Origin: Carpediemonas membranifera BICM | Taxonomy: Eukaryota; Protista; Fornicata | Reading direction: 5' to 3' | DNA length: 64,000 nucleotides | Assembly: GCA_019828565.1 (NCBI GenBank) | Contig: JAHDYR010000053.1 | Location: forward strand, 780,272-844,271 | In this document: one piece after another, positions 61,000 through 64,000 of the stretch | Position numbering within the stretch: the stretch's first letter is position 1 | Layout: every line of letters begins with the position of its first letter | Position numbers and translations under genes: made by a program | The notes under the pieces: model-generated | What the model saw: only the letters and a program-made list of their open reading frames with translations | Told to the model about the DNA's origin: nothing | The model's database searches: none

Positions 61000-63067
61000 A
61001 GGTAAGTACTAGTACTGTGGTTTGGAAGAGAAAGAGTTTACGAGTAAAAAGAGGTTTGGACCCTCCCAGGGATATTGGTAGATATTAATACTGACTACAG
61101 ATTCGCCCGAACTCCATGATATCTTGACCCCGATCCCCGTCCGCCTGCATCGTGCCGAGGATCAGCCTGTCCGGGAGGCGGGTCGTGCCGAGCGACAGCC
61201 TGTCCCGAACAGACGTGGGCCCAACCGTGAGAGAGTTGCCGCAGTTTTAGAAAGTGAGACAGAAACGATGGACCCCGACGCATTTGTCACATTCCGTGAC
61301 CTCAATGCCGCTCTACAGCCGATTAATAACAGGATCGAAGGAATTGAGAACAGGCTCGAAAGAATTGAGAGCAGCATCGTCGAGATTCTCCGTCGCTTGC
61401 CCGAATAACAGAATGCTAGTGTAAATACCTTTGTAAAGATGCCTTGCGGTGATCGACGCGTTGGGCGCAGAGGTGCGCCGAAGAAGGGCATAGGAATGTC
61501 GCCCAAGCCGCTGTTGGCCAAGGATTGGGAGAAGTCATGGCAGTGAACAAACTTGGCTGCAGCGGTGTGGCAGACCCTGCCATTACCCACAATAAGGGCC
61601 GCCGCGATCGATCCGACTGTCAGTCAGAACTGCAACGCGAGTATCACTTCGTGGGGGAACGTTTATCGGTGCTCGATAGCACGCAAGATGCCACCAGAGA
61701 AGCGCTTATCTCCGCATTCCTTGTCTCGCTCGCTGTACCGCCATGAAACACCGGGGAAATCCTCTCACAGCTCAAAGACGCCTTCTTAAGCCACTTCAAC
61801 GAGCAAATGCCGATGATCCATGACGTAGAGAGTAGTATTGCACCCAAGCGCGCCTCTTCTCTCGAATCCCTCATCGCCACGCACTCCAAGATCCTCTCGA
61901 ATCATTCGCGCAAACCCTCCTCGACCGTGCCCGCTCGATCCACACCAGTTCCCCCCGCTGTCCATGAACGTCGAGCTCGCCGATGGAGAGGACCTCCCGG
62001 TCGCCATGCACACGCTAAACCAGGGCGCGGTGCGGGCGGTGCTCATGCAGACCGGGGCAGCCCCGCGACAACCGAGAGCCAGCTGGAAAGGAAGATGCTG
62101 ACTAATTCAGAGTTACAGTCTCGTTTGCTTTCATTGCAAGAAGTTCTATTCTGCGGTGAACATTGCAACAAGAGACGGCATCATCGCCAACAACGACGTG
62201 CACCATCACCTCTACACCGGAAGGTTGTTCGAGATGATGCCAGGCGAGACTGGCCACACCCGAGTCAACGCCCCAACTGTCTCCCTGGGCGTTTGGTCTG
62301 GGGTCTTTCCTGGTCATACTTGCACCCCCGCGTGGAATCTACGTGCTCGATCGCACCCAGTGGCAAGACATTCAGTTCGATCAGACACCACCGGAGTATT
62401 TCATGTGTGCCCGAGACGGATACTTCACCCAATGCCCACGGTGGGAACAGTTCGAAGAAAGCGTGCCCCTTTGGCACAAGGATGATCTTCTTCGGGATGC
62501 AGTGTCACTCGGCTGCGTGCTAGTTACCCCCGTTGGTCATGTGGCTGCGGGGCGGGTCAGGCAGTTTATTGTAGGGCCCGACTGTGTTGACTCAGCCATG
62601 TTTTTGTGCCACTGCCTCCGAGAGTTGACCGTGTTGTTAGCAGTACAGTTTTCAGCGTCGTTGTCAGTGGGTCACAGCTGATCATGTCTGGGTCGACCCC
62701 ATCGACCTTTTCAAAAGCCTGGGGTGGTTCCCGGACACAACGAGGAAGACGCATGTCTGACGCCAACTCCACTACAGTTCCAGCGCCGTGTGACGCGTTT
62801 CTTCTGTGACAACGTCAGATACGTCGCTGTGACTGGCCAGGAGTCGATCTGTGCCGCTGAGATCCCGATGAAGCGGCGGGCCAGCGTCACCACAGTTCTC
62901 CCATTTGCCGTGGCAGCCGTGGCGACCGAGCGTAGCACGCGCTTCCTCCCTGTTCAATCTGACGACGGACGCCACTCCAGAACCGATTGGTATGCCAGCT
63001 GAAACGGCAGCTGCAACTATTGCAGTGGTCGACATCGAACCAGGAAATAACAGATAAAACTTTAAAC

Positions 63068-64000
63068 TTACACGCAGCCCTGGTCGAGCATGGCATCGGC
63101 GACCTTGACGAAGCCAGCGATGTTGGCGCCGACCATGTAGTTGGTGGGCTTGTCGGCGTAGAGCTTTGCGTTGTTAGCGCAGTTGTCGAAGATGTTCTTC
63201 ATGATGCTAGCGAGCTTGGCATCAACATCCTCGCGGGTCCAGGCAAGGCGCTGGGAGTTCTGGGCCATCTCGAGGCCAGAGACAGCGACACCGCCGGCGT
63301 TGGCAGCCTTGGCGGGGCCGTAGAGGACACCGTTGGCGAGGTAGACCTCGATACCCTCGGGGGTGGTGGGCATGTTGGCACCCTCGGAGATGCACTTGCA
63401 GCCGCCCTTGACGAGGGCCTCGGCATCAGTCTTCTCGACCTCGTTCTGGGTAGCGCAGGGGAAGGCGGCATCGCAGGCAACCTCCCAAGGGCGCTTGCCG
63501 GGGAAGAACTTGGCGGTCTTGGAGAACTTAGTGTACTCGGAGATGCGAGCGCGGGCGACGTTCTTGAGGCGCATGATCTCGACGAGCTGATCACGGGTGA
63601 AGCCGTTCTCCTCGAGGATGTAGCCAGAGGAGTCGGAGCAGGTCACGGGGATGGCGCCGAGGTCGAGAAGCTTCTCGATGGCGTACTGGGCGACGTTGCC
63701 AGAGCCGGAGACGGCGCAGCGCTTGCCCTTGAGGGTCATGCCGTTGGCCTCCATCATGTTCTGGGCGTAGTAGACGGCGCCGTAGCCGGTAGCCTCGGGC
63801 CGGATGAGGGAGCCACCCCAGTTGAGGCCCTTGCCGGTAAGGACACCCTCGAAGATGTTGCGGACACGCTTGTACTGGCCGAACATGTAGCCGATCTCCC
63901 TGCCGCCGACACCGATGTCACCAGCGGGGACGTCAGTGTTAGCGCCGATGTGGCGGGAGAGCTCGGTCATGAAGGACTGGCAGAAGCGCATGACCTCGTT
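63068..64000 (-). CDS. gdhA: NADP-specific glutamate dehydrogenase (5' part outside window)
   Basis: [59 protein letters not shown]. Confidence 0.95.
   Translation of the reverse strand, partial: NEVMRFCQSFMTELSRHIGANTDVPAGDIGVGGREIGYMFGQYKRVRNIFEGVLTGKGLNWGGSLIRPEATGYGAVYYAQNMMEANGMTLKGKRCAVSGSGNVAQYAIEKLLDLGAIPVTCSDSSGYILEENGFTRDQLVEIMRLKNVARARISEYTKFSKTAKFFPGKRPWEVACDAAFPCATQNEVEKTDAEALVKGGCKCISEGANMPTTPEGIEVYLANGVLYGPAKAANAGGVAVSGLEMAQNSQRLAWTREDVDAKLASIMKNIFDNCANNAKLYADKPTNYMVGANIAGFVKVADAMLDQGCV

Larger units (their letters stand above)
55055..61099 (-). mobile_element. LTR retrotransposon D, copy 2; LTRs 55065-55148 and 61016-61099, plus 10-bp terminal duplication 55055-55064
   Basis: TSD GATT at 55051-55054 and 61100-61103; intact ORF. 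Confidence 0.95.
54568..61408 (+). pseudogene. ~263-aa ORF with C-terminal coiled coil, split by D copy 2 (54568-55054 + 61104-61408)
   Basis: Removing the element and one GATT TSD gives a continuous frame ..GFDGFD-SPELHDILTPIP..FVTFRDLNAALQPINNRIEGIENRLERIE.. Confidence 0.7.

Noticed and set aside
61500-63060. Fragmented ORFs as a gene
   Set aside because: Protein-like pieces in several frames suggest a decayed gene, but no family or gene model is supportable.

Overview
Eukaryotic (protist-like, GC-rich, gene-dense, about 29-nt introns, cilium gene BBIP10; plausibly a fornicate/metamonad, inference only) region dominated by retroelements. 751-33.5 kb: head-to-tail array of a ~3.98-kb CRE-like RT + restriction-like-endonuclease (RLE) non-LTR retrotransposon on the minus strand (4 near-identical copies, 1 decayed copy, 1 5'-truncated copy). 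It abuts a chimeric tRNA-His-like gene, and each unit starts with the 5' end of tRNA-His, which contains the ORF ATG. The decayed copy carries a nest of three LTR elements (non-coding A containing chromodomain Ty3/gypsy elements B and C). 33.9-46.6 kb: ordinary host genes (NOT1, TRAPPC12-like TPR, BBIP10, NHP2, UPF3, unknown 847 aa). 47-64 kb: a GDH fragment, two independent near-identical insertions of Ty3/gypsy element D (one splitting a coiled-coil ORF), and a full GDH running off the window. Best candidate for a new system: all four LTR families have very short LTRs (67-124 bp) and, in place of a tRNA primer-binding site, a perfect 12-bp palindrome overlapping the last base of the 5' LTR, with compensatory changes between families. 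This suggests tRNA-independent, self- or dimer-primed reverse transcription. Element D also carries an antisense, intron-containing gene ending in a chromodomain-like fold. Many frameshifts sit in homopolymers and are probably long-read errors.
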